Positions 39,160-52,362 of a stretch of 64,000 bases of DNA are shown here, piece by piece. A model generated the notes under the pieces. That model saw only the letters and a program-made list of their open reading frames with translations, had not been told where the DNA came from and searched no databases. The position numbers were made by a program, and so were the translations under genes. How positions within the stretch are numbered: the first letter of the stretch is position 1; every line of letters starts with the position of its first letter. The DNA lies in assembly GCA_051294375.1 (NCBI GenBank), contig CM119271.1, forward strand, positions 13,321,039 through 13,385,038. Reading direction: 5' to 3'. The stretch comes from Paraspadella gotoi. Lineage: Eukaryota > Animalia > Chaetognatha.

Positions 39160-39320
39160 AACCTTAGCAGCAATAGAAAGGGTCCTGGGCTTGGAACCAG
39201 GCTTGGGGGTTTTCCACGCCCCCAAGGCGGTTTAAGGCCGTCCTCATGCTTCCCGCAGGGTAAGTATCATTGGAGACCTAATGGTCATATCTGATTAAAT
39301 TACTCAATGAGCCACAAGTT
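39160..39320 (-). mobile_element. SINE-like family 2, copy with a degenerate head
   Basis: Reverse complement matches 51376-51550 (CGTGGAAA.CCC.CAAGCCTGGTTCCAAGCCCAGGACCC). Confidence 0.6.
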
Positions 39321-40119
39321 GACGAGCTTATAGACAGAGTGAACTTATAACGATGCCCGACTACAGGTCTTTTGTTTAAATTTAGTGGGTTGTACTTTAT
39401 CAATACCTTTACTTTGTTAAATTTACTTTGTTTATAATTATATTCATCCAAACGTAAACAGACTTTTACGAAACTGGGACGATGAGTTCCTGCGATCGAG
39501 ATGGAATTCCGTTCGACGTCAATAGAATTCCGACATCAAAACGAGTTTCTTGCATCTGCAAACAAAATCCGGATCCTTATTGAAGTTGGTTGACATGTTG
39601 AAAGATTTTATGTTTAACTTTGGTATTCGTTTAAATTATAATTTAAAAGTTATTTTGAGTGTCATTAGCAAAATATTTGCTTTTTTATCTATCTATCTAT
39701 CTATCTTTCTATCTTTCTATCTTTCTATCTTTCTATCTATCCATCTATCTATCTATTAAATTGTCTTGTAGGCTTAGGTTTAGCGATCCTCGATATGATT
39801 TTCAATTTTCTTATTCTACAAAGAAAACCGTTTAAACCAGTAATTAATCATCCAAATCGTCAATGAAAGATTAATGTTTTTTTTTTATTATTCTTTCAAC
39901 GTGTAAATAAATAATAGGATTATGTAAAAGAAGCTCCAGACGTTTCGACTCGAGAGGGAAGAAAAGAACTTTTGTATGCAAATGAGATTTTGAATCTTCG
40001 CGCATCCTCGGGGTCTCCGCCGCCTCGGTTCCAACGCGGGGGTAAAAAAAAAGCCGAGAGACAAAAAGGTAACAAAGTAAAGCGAATAGAATTCGAAAAA
40101 AATAAAAGCAAAAAAAAGG

Positions 40120-40450
40120 ATGCATCGTTTTTCGCTTTTCGTCGCTTTATTTGCTTTTTTCTTCGGATGTCAAGGTGAGGTAATTTTTCATTTTCATTAA
40201 AGTAAATTAAAAAAAAAAAGTAATTAATTTTTAGATGCTTATTTTTGTCGACGATGGACTTCAATCATTTTGCTGGTTTATATTTTAAAATGAAGACAGA
40301 AAAACAATTTAACGAACATTTTATTCTTAAAGCAAAGTTTTAGTTTTTTTCTCACTTTTTTTTTAAATAATCGTTTTAAACAGTGGATATAAAATAGTAA
40401 AAGAGAGAGAGAGAGAGAAATAAAGAAAGTATGTAACAAAAAGAGAGAGA

Positions 40451-40481
<31 letters not shown>

Positions 40482-40951
40482 CAAGAGTGAGAGTGAGAGA
40501 CAGAAACAACAATGAGACAGAGACAGAGACAGACAAACAGCGACAAAGAGATAGTCTCATCCCCCTTTTTATCTCCACTTACCCCTCTCCCCACCGCAGC
40601 CCGCCCATCTCCCTTACCCCGCTGCTTTCCTTCCATCGGCTGCTTCGGTCCTCGACGTCTCACTTTCCCTCAATCGCCTAATGTCATCTCTACTCGCTTT
40701 CTTCTCAATTCGCCCAATAGGAATGACGTCGACGATCCGGTAGTAGTAGACTTTTTGTCGTCGTCGTCGTCGTCCTCTTCTTCCTCCTCCTCCTCCATCT
40801 TCTCCGTCAACACCGTCGCCGCCACCCTCGACCCGCGCCTTCCCGTCAAACTGCTCGTCCACGGTTTCCTCGACGCCCCGAGAAACGCCAACTGGCGCCG
40901 AATGACGGCGGCGTTCTTGCGGCGGGTCGGCGGCGGCGTCGGCGGCGGCGT

Positions 40952-40993
<42 letters not shown>

Positions 40994-43541
40994 AGTCAAC
41001 GTCGTCCGCGTAGACTGGAGCGGCGGGAACTCTTACCCTTACGAACGAGCGGCGGCGAACGCCCAACTCGTCGGAGCTCAAGTGGGAATCTTCGTGGACA
41101 AACTGGTGGAGGTATTGAAATAATCATTTCTAAGAAAAGCTTTTATTAAAATTGCTGTCTTTGGATCCAGGGACCGTAATCTAGGCCTGAAGGATTTTCA
41201 TTTGGTTGTAGGGTTGAAGCAAATAACATTTAAAATGAACACAAGGCCGTAACTACTCGAATCGTAACCAAAGTTAAACGGGAAACGTTTTCAAGCTTTG
41301 TTGTATGTAGCGGTGGTGCAATAATATTGCGCTTGTGAGTTGTGACATCTGGAGTATGATTGTCCTTAAAATTGTCCTTCAAATTGACTCCAGATTTATA
41401 GAATTTAGAATTTTAGGCATTGATTACATGATTACTATTAAATAGTGAAAAACTGGAATCAACTCGATTGCTGACTCGCCCACTTCCGGTTACGGAGAAA
41501 ACAGTCTGGATAATTTACTCGGATATTTTCAACTAGATATAAGTTGTTAAAAGAGTTTTTTTTTTTTAATTTCTGTACCTAGAAACCAAAGGCAAAAGGT
41601 ATTAATTCGATACGAGGACTATTTGGAAAACTGCAATATGCAAATAAGATTAAAGGATGATTTCAAAAAATTTATTCCAATAACTTTCGATAGCGATAAG
41701 CGAGGTAATTTTTTTCCTTAGACTGGACCATTTTTATTAATATTGTCACACCTAAGCTTTAATTTTTTTGGTCTCATCTTACTTCAGGAGCTCGGCATGC
41801 GGCGCGACCAGTTCCACATCGTGGGCCACAGCCTCGGGGCGCATGTGGCGGGCTACGCCGGCTCAAAGGTGCAGGAGCTAGCGAAGCAGCGACTGAAAGA
41901 CAAAGAGAAAGTGGGGCTTGACATTGAAGTACCCGGTGGGGCGGATGGCGTGCCTGGAGGGCTGGAGGGCGTGCCCGAAAGGGCAAAAGAAATCGCGCAA
42001 AACGATGGGAATAAAATCGCTAGGATTACGGGGTTGGATCCCGCCGAACCGTGAGTTAATTTTAACATAGACTTATTTGATTATATACATATATTTTGAA
42101 TTATAATTCGACTGCCAATGTTTTATCTTAAACTGTTAAAGCATTCAGATTTTAAAATCTGCACACCTCTGTCGATGTATCTAACATCTCAGCGAACATT
42201 ACCAAAAATTTCTAAACATTAGTATGATATCTCCGACTATTATAACATATAATTTTTATATTGGTTGTACCAATTTCATATTATAACATATCCTATCGTT
42301 TCTAAACATTTTTTAATATCTCTAATCAACTGCCGACATTTAAAAACGTCTTCTAACATCTCTAAACATTTTCCAATATCTCTGAACATAAACCAACTTT
42401 TCAAAACATCTCCAAACAACTCTAAACATTTTCCAACATCTCAGAACAACAATCATTATCCCTAAATATCCTGTAACATCTCTAAACAGTTGTAAAAGTC
42501 TCCTAATGTCAGTCAACACCCTATAACATCTGTTAACGATACCTCGACATCTCTAACCCTTATCTCCCAACTCCCAGTTACTTCCAACACTTCCCGATCT
42601 CCGTCCGCCTCGATCCTTCGGACGCCAACTTCGTCGACGTCATCCACTCGGACGCGGAGAGCATCTTCAACTTCCTCGTCGGCGGCAGCGGGTTCGGGCT
42701 GCGGCAGCCCAGCGGGCATCTCGACTTTTATCCCAACGGCGGGGCGCGGCAGCCCGGGTGCGGGGCAGGACTCGGGAGACGTAATAGGACGGCGGAAAAT
42801 ATAAAGCTGTTGAGGGTAAGGTTCAAGTTGGGGATAGGTTGGATGGGGGAGAGAAAAAGGTGAGGTTTAGATGAGAAAGTGAAATACAAATGTGAGTTGG
42901 AGAGAAAAAAAGAGTGAATTTGTGGTCAAGTTGTTTTTTTTTTTAAACATTAACCTAAAAATATTTCTAATTCAGGTTAATGTTCAGAATCAATGTTTAT
43001 TTCGAACTAAATAGTTTTCAACTTGATGGTTTTTCTTTCCCAACCTTTCTCCCCTCTTACTTCGCCTCTTATTCTCCCTTCCTATCTTCCTATCCTCTCT
43101 TTTCTTGCCTTCCTTATCTTTTCTCTCTCTCTCACTCTCTCCCTTTCTTTACTTCCTTTTCCTTTCTTTCTTACACCTTTCCTTCTCTCCCTTTTCCAGC
43201 GTCAGGACTTCCGCCGCGCCTCCCCAGAAGCCGCCGCTTCCGCAGTCGCCTGCAGCCATTCCCGCGCCGTCCTTCTATTCGTCGAGAGCCTCGAATCTTC
43301 CTGCAGCTTCGTCGCCGTCGAGTGTCGCGATTGGTCGGTTTTTAGGAGGCTGGAATGCCGCTGCGACGGGCGGCGGCGCTGCGCCGACATGGGGATCGAC
43401 GCGGATCGAGGGCGCGACGGCGGAGAAGGCAGCGCTAAAATGTATCTACGTACGAAAGGGGCGGCGCCATTTTGTTCGAAGGAGGAAGAGAGGATAATAG
43501 GAGGAGGAAGAGGAAGAGGAGAAGGACGAGGAAGAAGATGA
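40120..43541 (+). CDS. Secreted pancreatic-lipase-related protein, catalytic domain only (no PLAT domain); exons 40120-40174, 40600-41111, 41788-42050, 42578-42815, 43200-43541
   Basis: Signal peptide [19 protein letters not shown]; LLVHGF, NVVRVDW, catalytic [55 protein letters not shown]...PFC; all GT-AG junctions phase-compatible. Confidence 0.92.
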
Positions 43542-44085
43542 GGAGAAGGATGAGGAAGAGGATGAGGAAAAATGGGGAAAACAAGTGAAAGTAAAAATCT
43601 AAGAAAAAAAATAGTATTTGGAAATAGTTAAATCAATTTTTAATATTTTAACCGTGAATTGTCATAATGAACTGTGAATTAAACCGTAATTGTTGTTACT
43701 ATAATTGATAGTAAATTTTCAAAAAATTGTTGAATTTGGATTTTGTTAACAGTTACACATAATAACAGTATTTTGAATAACATACCGCTCAAAATATTAA
43801 AATACGCTTCCCACTGATAACAACGGTGATTATAACAAGAATGGTAACATCACGACGGACCCTTGCCTTAAATCAGTTGCATATTGACAATATTATTGTG
43901 CTCCTGGGCTAGTGATAATTTTTTTTGTATTAAGAAGCGACTGGACGCATTGCGCGTTGGTTAAAAACTCTAACTGGTCAGATTAGTGATGAGCAAATTC
44001 AATTGATAGAATTCCGATATTTTTTTTTTTTTTTTTGGCGAGTATAAATTAATATGGTTCATCCTGTTATTGACAAATAATTTCC

Positions 44086-44118
<33 letters not shown>

Positions 44119-44689
44119 TCCCTTTCTCGTTCACTCCACTAATCCAACCCTTTTTAAACTTTAATTGAAAAAAAGAAGTAAATTCATTTCAAAATTCTAT
44201 TTTCAAAAAAAGAATACAAATCAACTAGCTCGTTGATGTTTATTTATTCTCAAAAGCTTTAAGTTTTAAAAGAGTTTTGACAAAAAAGTTTGTTACGAAA
44301 GAAACTCTTTTGTTAAATAAGAAAGAAAATTAAAATTATTTCTATCATAAGACTATTGAAAACTAATCAAAATGCAAAATAGAATGCTCATGGTTTCATG
44401 TTTCATATTTCCTTTTTGTAAGTCAATATTAATTTATTTTATAATTTGAAAAAAAATATTAAAGTAAAAAATTTAATGAAATATAATTATAAATTTATTG
44501 AAAACATATACGGATTCAGTTTTTTAAATAAAATTATAAAAAAACTTAATTAAAAATATTATTTTTTATTTTATTTTATCGCTCGTCAAAACCACACCAG
44601 TACGAAACTCAAACGAACGGAGCTCTCTCCGCCAGCGTCTATATCTCCACCGCTCTTTCCTTCGACCTCATCTTTGTCGGATGCCTCAG

Positions 44690-46165
44690 CTCTTTCGGCC
44701 TCAGAGGCAATCATCACGAACGCCGCCTGCATCTTTTCTCGATGGACCTTTTTCTGAATCACGCCCACTTTGTGGAAGGGGATCAAACGAACGCTGTCCT
44801 ACTCCGATCTGAATTCGTTTTCCGAAGGAGTACAGAACGAGAAGACTGTTGGGAATTATCAACGAAAAATCCCCCAAGAAATTCCAAATTTTCAATTCGG
44901 ATTTTGATGAGTTGTTACAAAATGGAGATTGCGACCGTCTTCGCGTTTCGGACCACGTTCCCTCTGTTGAGAATCTGCAAACTCTTGTGCCTAGGTTGGC
45001 TTTTGAATTTCGTTTCGAACCGTAGTGAAGTCGTCGGCGATCGATCCTTCGAACCGGAGTGGCGCGGAGTTTTCTACGCTTTTCCCCTCTTTTCATTGGC
45101 CGTCGGCAACAGTTTCGTCCGTTGGAGATTCTGGGGGACCATGCAGCTATTGTTCACGTCGTAGAGTTGACCGGCACCGCGTGGCTTTTTCATCGAGAAT
45201 TGGGCGTCTCGGTTTTCGTCGGATTTTCAATGTTGATCATTTGTACAAGGACGGCAGAGTTAAATTATTGAACGAAATACTCGGAGGAGTTAAAGTGGTC
45301 AAATTTAATACTTGGGAAAATTCTTTCCTTGAGAAAGTGGGCGATATTAGAAAAGAAGAACTGAAAATCTTAAAATGGCAGTTGTATTGGAAGGACGGGT
45401 TAAACTTTACCTAACAAAACAGCGCCTATGGTGGACCAAAATCCTCCTACTGTTCATCAGCGGCCATTGGTGCCGGAGGCAAAGTCATTCGCCTCCCAAC
45501 CCAAAGGTCCGGAGTTCTATCCCGGTGCCCGCCTAGCAGTTAAGAGGGACGGGGCGCTTAACCCGCCTGTAACAGGGTGTTACAGCCTGATCCGAACTCG
45601 GGGACTGCTTAATATTGAACGGTTCTGTCACTAACATATAACAATAATTACTGTCTTTTCACGCCGATGATAATCAACGTGGTGACGACTGTGTCTTCTG
45701 CTTTCATTCTCTCTCGTTCTTGCAACGTATGACTCCGGAAAAAGCCTTTGTTTCCTGGTCATATTCTGCATGATCTGGGCGATAATAGGAGCTATTTCTA
45801 TCTATCTATCGCTATCTATCACACGAGTCAAATGTACGTGTCGAGTTCGAGATTGAACAAGTTTTTAGAAAACCCCTGTAGACAAGGATACAACTGTTAA
45901 TGTCGAAAATGTGAGTTTTTCTTGGATCACGACGACGAACCCTCACTCAAGGATGTGAGTTTCGACTTAAAACGCGGCGAAGCGATGGCGGTGATTGGCT
46001 GTCGGTTCGGGCAGTCAGCTACTCCTCGGGCTTCTCGGAGAACTTACCTCCGCGAAAGGAAACCTTACCACTTACCATCATCGAGAACGTCGCCTACGTC
46101 TCTCAGCAGCCGGATCCAAAACTGCAGCGTTTCGCGATAACATTCTCTTCAGAAACCAATGAAAC
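44690..46165 (+). pseudogene. Decayed ABCC/MRP transporter fragment (L0, TMD1, start of NBD1), intron-poor, interrupted by a SINE
   Basis: KDGRVKLLNEILGGVKVVKFNTWENSFLEKVGDIRKEELKIL; VSSSRLNKFL; PSLKDVSFDLKRGEAMAVIG; VAYVSQ..IQNCS..DNILF; multiple stops, frameshifts and internal deletions; Walker A broken. Confidence 0.8.
45461..45608 (+). mobile_element. tRNA-derived SINE-like family 1
   Basis: A-box-like TGGTGCCGGAGG, B-box-like GAGTTCTATCCC, tRNA-Gly(CCC)-like GCCTCCCA loop, 3' hairpin CTGTAAC..GTTACAG; homologous copies at 55409 (+) and 59969 (-). Confidence 0.75.
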
Positions 46166-47130
46166 GAAATAGAACGAGGAAATATTCCAGAATCTCTTTC
46201 TCGTCGGAATCCCTCGCTTAATCCTTTCCTCTGTTTCCGGGTTTCCTTCATCTGTGATGGTATCAAGTTATGAAGTTTTTATTTTTAAAACTTCAGTTGT
46301 TTAGGTTTAAGTTAAAAGCACCAAAGTTTGGAGGATGAGAACCAGCAAAGTAAGCAAACAAGAAAAAGTAGCATAACAGATGAATCAAACGTGGAAACAG
46401 AGGAAAGGATTAAGGAAGAGGATTCCGGAAGAGGAAGAAGATTCTGGAATGATTTCGAACGGGATTTTGGAAGCCAAATCCATAAAAGGAACAATAGTTT
46501 CCGGAAGAGGAAAATAAGGTTCCAGAAGAGGAAGAGGAGGATTCTGGAAGAGCAATCTGGCTTCGTCTCCTTACCCTTTATAAATAGCATCTGTTTCTGC
46601 TTTGATTCACTGTCTAATAATTGACACCGTCTTCTCTTGTCTATTTTCTGATAATAAAATTCCACGTTGATTTCATGTTGAAATCCCTGTCTACTTACTT
46701 AATTGGTAGAAAAGGAAGAGAATGAAGAAAAAGTTTTCAGAACAGGAGATGATCTTAAAAGTTTGCGTTTACAATATTAATTGAATAAAATTTAAAAATT
46801 ATCCAATCATTCAATAAACAAGCTATCCCTGCAAGCTTTCTATCAAGACTGTCTCACATATTTACTCGCAGAGTGTTTGCCTTCTTTAACAATGGAATGA
46901 TATAATGTTCAATAAACTGTTTCGATTGTATAAAAGGAACACTACTCCCTTAAATATTAGATCGGGGATCGGGGAACTCAAATGAAATTGGTACAACCAA
47001 TTTTAAAAATTGGGAATTATTCTATAATCAAACTAATCAGAAACTGGGTAATTCAAACGATCCTAATGCTCGACTAATATTCAATGAATATTTACAATTA
47101 AAATACATTTTTTAAAAATTTTTAAAGGCA

Positions 47131-47297
47131 TAATTTTACTCTCGCCGACTGGGGGTTAGGGGGGTTTAAGGGAGAAGTAGTTCAGGCCTTCAGGGTTAGC
47201 TGGTTGGGTAATAATGTTTACCCTTTTTTTTAGTATTAAAATTTTTTAATGTAATATTATTTGGAGTCAAAATCCCAGTCGGCGAAAATAAAAATTT
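47131..47297. mobile_element. Small MITE-like element
   Basis: Imperfect inverted repeats TTTTACTCTCGCCGACTGGG / CCCAGTCGGCGAAAATAAAA. Confidence 0.5.
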
Positions 47298-47519
47298 TAC
47301 CTTTTTTATTCTTTTTTTCAAATTTAACAGTAACGACAAAAAGCGCGACAATAAAATTCGCTACAACAATAAAATTTTCAACTAATTGATAACCAAAAAT
47401 TGTTAAAGTAACAAATTCTACAACAAAAAATCATCATAATATGCGAGTACTAGATACAATTTGGAAAAAACAAGTTTGTGAAAACAATGTCACATCTGCC
47501 TACGATAATTAAGCGGTAA

Positions 47520-48462
47520 TACCATGATGGAAAAAAAAATTTTCGTGGTTACTTTCCAGGTATTTTTGAACATTTTAAATCAAGAATCGAAAAATAAAAT
47601 TTACATATCAAAAATCTTTGGCCTTTTGTGATTCATATGAACTGTGTCTCATTTATGTAAGACAAAAAATACAAGAGTTCCATGCAAAAGAAAATGAGTT
47701 GTCCAAAAAAATGTTTCCTTCTTTTTTATCTTTTTCATATCTACACTTTTCATTTATACTAATTTCCGGTTCTCTTATATTACTTTTTGAGTTAAACCAT
47801 TACTGTTAAAAATCCCTGCCTTTTCTCACTCTCATATTAAATAGTTATTTCATCATCTCCATTAGGATAGATTCAAGAATGAATCTTAATTCATGTCAAA
47901 AAAATAGCAGCATTAAAAATACATTAATGCTGTAGATGCTCCAGAATATTTTTTTATATTGTAAAGTATCAATAAAAGTTATAATGCTCCAGGTAACCTC
48001 TCTATAAACAAAGTTCTCATTTTTAAATGTAATATCAGAACTAAATATCAAACAAGTTTTAAAAAAAATCAAGATTTTGTTGAAATGAAAGACAATGCAT
48101 CATCACATTATGCAACAACAACTCAAACCTTGTTTACTTTATAAGTGATCAATCTTTTTCACTGCTTGCCAAAGACCATTTTTTACCCCAAATCTGATAA
48201 AAACTATCATGTCAGAGATATAATATTATTAATAATGTGAATAGTCCTCTTGATCAAAAAGAGGTGAAAACAGTTGGAGATAACATCTTTTGGAAGTATT
48301 TGAATGCATTAAATAATTTTATGCTGTTAAAAAATAATCTTTTTATTCAGTTCTAAGGATGTCATTTTACATATTAAAACTTATTTAACGGCCAAAAAAT
48401 ATATTTGACAATGAAATTAACCGACTTTTCCAAACCACGACAATTTTTTTTCTATCATGGTA
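47520..48462. mobile_element. Non-autonomous DNA transposon (~940 bp) with ~30-bp TIRs
   Basis: TACCATGATGGAAAAAAAAATTTTCGTGGTT (47520-47550) versus AACCACGACAATTTTTTTTCTATCATGGTA (48433-48462); TA at both ends; no intact transposase. Confidence 0.6.
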
Positions 48463-48640
48463 AGCTAATCCGATGATAAATCACGATAATGTTTTCTGAT
48501 TTTCATAACTCGTAACATAAAAAATCATAACAGACTTCTTAATAAATCTATGAAAAAATCTATAAATCAAATGATCTACCAATCATTACCAGTAGCCTCG
48601 CCAATAACAGCTTGTATAATTATCCAATTGTTAATCTTAT

Positions 48641-51100
48641 TTCAACTTGGATAATTTGATCAACTTGGATAATTTGATCAACTTGGATAATATTGATCAA
48701 CTTGGATAATTTGATCAACTGGATAATTTGATCAACGTTGGATAATTTGATCAACTTGGATTAATATTTGATCAACTTGGATAATTTGATCAACTTGGAA
48801 ATTGATAACTTGGATAATTGATTCAACTTGGATAATTTGATCAACTGGATAATTTGATCAACTTGGGATAATTTGATCAACTGTGGATATTTGATCAAAC
48901 TTGGATAATTTGATCATTCAGACATTGGATAATTTTGATTCAACTTGATTTATTCATTGGATCAATTGATTCACTGATAATTTGATCAACTTGATAATTT
49001 TGATCAACTGGATAATTTGATCAAACTTGGATCATGGATATTGATCAACTTGGATAATTGTATATGATCAACTTGGATAATTGATATATATTATTATCAA
49101 CTTGGATAATTTGATCTAACTTGGATAATTTAATCAACTTGGATAATTTATCACTTGGATAATTTAATCAACTTGGATAATTGATCAACTTGGATAATAT
49201 GATCATCACTTGCATTAAATTTGATCACATTGATAATTTGATCAACTTAGCACTTAATTTATTCAACTTGATAATTTGATCAACTTTATAATTGATCAAC
49301 TTGATAATTGATCAACCTTGATAATTTGATAATACTTGCATAAATGTTGAAAACTTGATAATTTGCATAACTTTGCATAATTTGATCAACTTGTCATAAT
49401 CTTTGATCAACTTGCATAATTTTGATCAACTTGATAATTTGATCAACTGGATATTTGCATCATATAATTTATCAACTTGGATAATTTGATCAACTGATAA
49501 TTGATCAACTTGGATAATTGATCAACTTGGATAATTTGATAAATTGGATATTATCAACTTGGATAATTGATCAACTTGGATATTTGAATCAACTTGGATA
49601 ATTTGATCAACTTGGAATTAATTGATCACTGGATAATTGATCAACTTGGATAATTTGATCAATTGGATTAATTTATCAACTTGCATAATGATCACTGAGA
49701 TAATTTGATCAATTGGATAATTTGATCAACTTGATAATTGATCAACTTAAGATAATTTGATCAACTGGATAATTTGAATCAACTTGATAATTGATCAACT
49801 TGGATAATTTGATCAACTGGATAATTGTATCAACTTGGATAATTATCACTTGGATAATTATCAACTTGTAATTAATCAACTTGCATAATTTAATCAACTT
49901 GGATAATTTAATCAACTTGCATAATTTAATCAACTTGGAATAATTTAATCAACTTGATAATTTAATCACTTGAGATTAATTTAATCAACTTGGATAATTC
50001 TTAATCAACTTGGATAATTAATCAACTTGGATAATTTAATCAACATTGGATAATTTAATCAACTTGATCAAAATTAATCAACTTGATAATTAATCAACTT
50101 GGATAATTTAATCAACTTGATAATTTGATCAACTTGGATAATTTATCAACTTGTTGTAATAATTGATAATTTAATCAACTTGGATAAATTAATCAACTTG
50201 GATAATTATCAACTTGGTAATTTAATCAACTTGGATAATTTAAATCAACTTGGATAATTTAAAAGAACTTGGATAATTGATCAACTTGGATAATTTAATC
50301 AACTTGGATAATTAATCACTTGCATAATTTAATCAACTTGGATAATTTAATCAACTGATAATTTAATCAACTTGGATAATTAATCAACTTGGATAATTAA
50401 TCAACTGAAATTTAATTAAACTTGATAATTAATCAACTTGATAATTTAATCAACTTGGATAATTTATTCAACTTGATAATTTAATCAACTTGATAATTTA
50501 ATCAACTTGGATAATTTAATCAACTTGATATATTAATCAACTTGGATAATTTAATCAACTTGGATAATTTAATCAACTTGGATAATTTAATCAACTTGGA
50601 TAAATTTAATCAACTTGATATTAATCACTTGGATAATTTATCAACTTGATAATTTATCAACTTGGATAATTTAATCAACTGGATAATTAATCAACTTGGA
50701 TAACTTATAATTTGATAACTTATAACTTGGATAATTAATCACTGTAATTATCAAACTTGGATAATTTGATCAACTTGGATAATTAATCAACTTGGATTAA
50801 CTTAATCAACTGGATAATTTAATCAACTGGATAATTTATCAACTTGATAATTTGATCAACTTGGATAAATTTGATCAACGAATTTATCAACTTGGATAAT
50901 TATATCAACTTGAAGATAATTATCAACTTGGATAATTTTAATCAACTTGGATAATTTATCAACTTGGATAATTTAAATCAACTTGGATATTTAATCAACT
51001 TGCATAATTTAATCAACTTGCATAATTTATTCAACTTGCATAATTTAATCAACTTGCATAAATTTTTGGTCAACTTGCATAAATTTTTGGTCAACTTGCA
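48641..51100 (+). repeat. 18-bp tandem satellite (ATCAACTTGGATAATTT[G/A]), roughly 135 units
   Basis: Head-to-tail units without unique spacers; many small indels. Confidence 0.97.
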
Positions 51101-51375
51101 ATCAATCAATCCGACTAAAAATTTTGATTACAAATAACACAAAATCAATCAATATCACATTATTAAAATAGCAATCTATATCACATTATTAAAATAGCAA
51201 TCTATATCACATCTACAGTTTTCCGAAAAAATTATTATCACGGTAGGCAAAACTTGCCAAGAACAATAGAAAAATAAGGCACGAATAGAGATCAGTTTGT
51301 AAGATAGCTTAAGATAGTATGTACTCGGGCATTGCCAAAGTTCACCACGCCCATAAGCATGACTTTTTCAGTTGT

Positions 51376-51550
51376 GACCCGGTGGCTCATTTAATAAAGC
51401 TATCAGCTCATGACCACTGGGTACCGGGTTCAATCCCAACTCGGTACCTACTCTGAGGGAAGCGAGTGGACGCCCGTAAGACCGCTTATGGGACGTGGAA
51501 AACCCTCAAGCCTGGTTCCAAGCCCAGGACCCGTTCCATGGCCGCTAGAG
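51376..51550 (+). mobile_element. SINE-like family 2 (tRNA-like head, structured body)
   Basis: GGTGGCTCA A-box-like and GGGTTCAATCCC B-box; body homologous to 39160-39320 (-). Confidence 0.65.
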
Positions 51551-51554
51551 GTAT

Positions 51555-52316
51555 TTAAAAGTCGGGCTTGACCAATCCCGTCTCCAAATCCACTTCTCCC
51601 CGAACCTCTTCTCTCCTCATGAACTTAAACCATGGATGATCCAATGCGTCGTCCACGGTCAGCCGTTCATGAGGATCCAATTGAAGGCATTCGAGTATGA
51701 GGTCGGAGAGATGTGGAGATGCCCGCCCCTTCATCGTGTCCGTGAAGTCCAACGAATCGGGCGGCCTGCGAACTCCTCCGCCTTCGATTTTGCCCGCGCT
51801 GAGGATTCGCTTCCCGTTCTCGCAGAGCCCGTCCCCTTCGCCGCCCTCGCAGCCGCATTCGCTGCAGCCGCAACTGCAGGAGCCGTCCGAGTTTTTGCCG
51901 CACACCACGTCTCCGCAGTGGCAGGCGGAGCTGGCGTAGCGCGGCGTATTGTCGGGGCGGACAAAGTCTTGGGCTCGCGTAGCGCGAGAGGTCAAGCTGT
52001 GCGGCATGCATCCGAGCAATTCGCTGATGGCGGCGAATTGGTCTTCGGTGTTGCAGCCATGAAATAAAACTTCCCCCGTGAGCAACTCGGCCAAGATGCA
52101 GCCGAAAGACCACATGTCGAAGGGTTTGTCTGTCGGGGCGCCGAGGATGAGTTCGGGAGGGCGGTAGAAGCGCGTCCCGAAGTTTGTGGAGGGAACTTGG
52201 CCCGAGTGGAAAGAGAGGCCAAGATCCAGGAGCTTGAGGCCAAGTTTGTTGAGCTGGAAAATATTAGGGGGGAGAGAGGGGAGAGATTAGTTGGGTTTGG
52301 GTGGTGGTAGGAGGGA

Positions 52317-52362
<46 letters not shown>

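Noticed and set aside
45461-45535. tRNA gene (also tRNA-like heads at ~51376 and ~53417)
   Set aside because: No complete cloverleaf or acceptor stem; the heads continue into shared repeat bodies or are degenerate
46328-46624. Acidic/basic 98-aa ORF downstream of the ABCC remnant
   Set aside because: Purine-rich low-complexity repeats (GAGGATTC.GGAAGAG), TTG start, no recognisable domain
48641-51100. CRISPR-like repeat array
   Set aside because: Units are head-to-tail with no unique spacers, there are no cas genes, and the context is eukaryotic; it is a satellite
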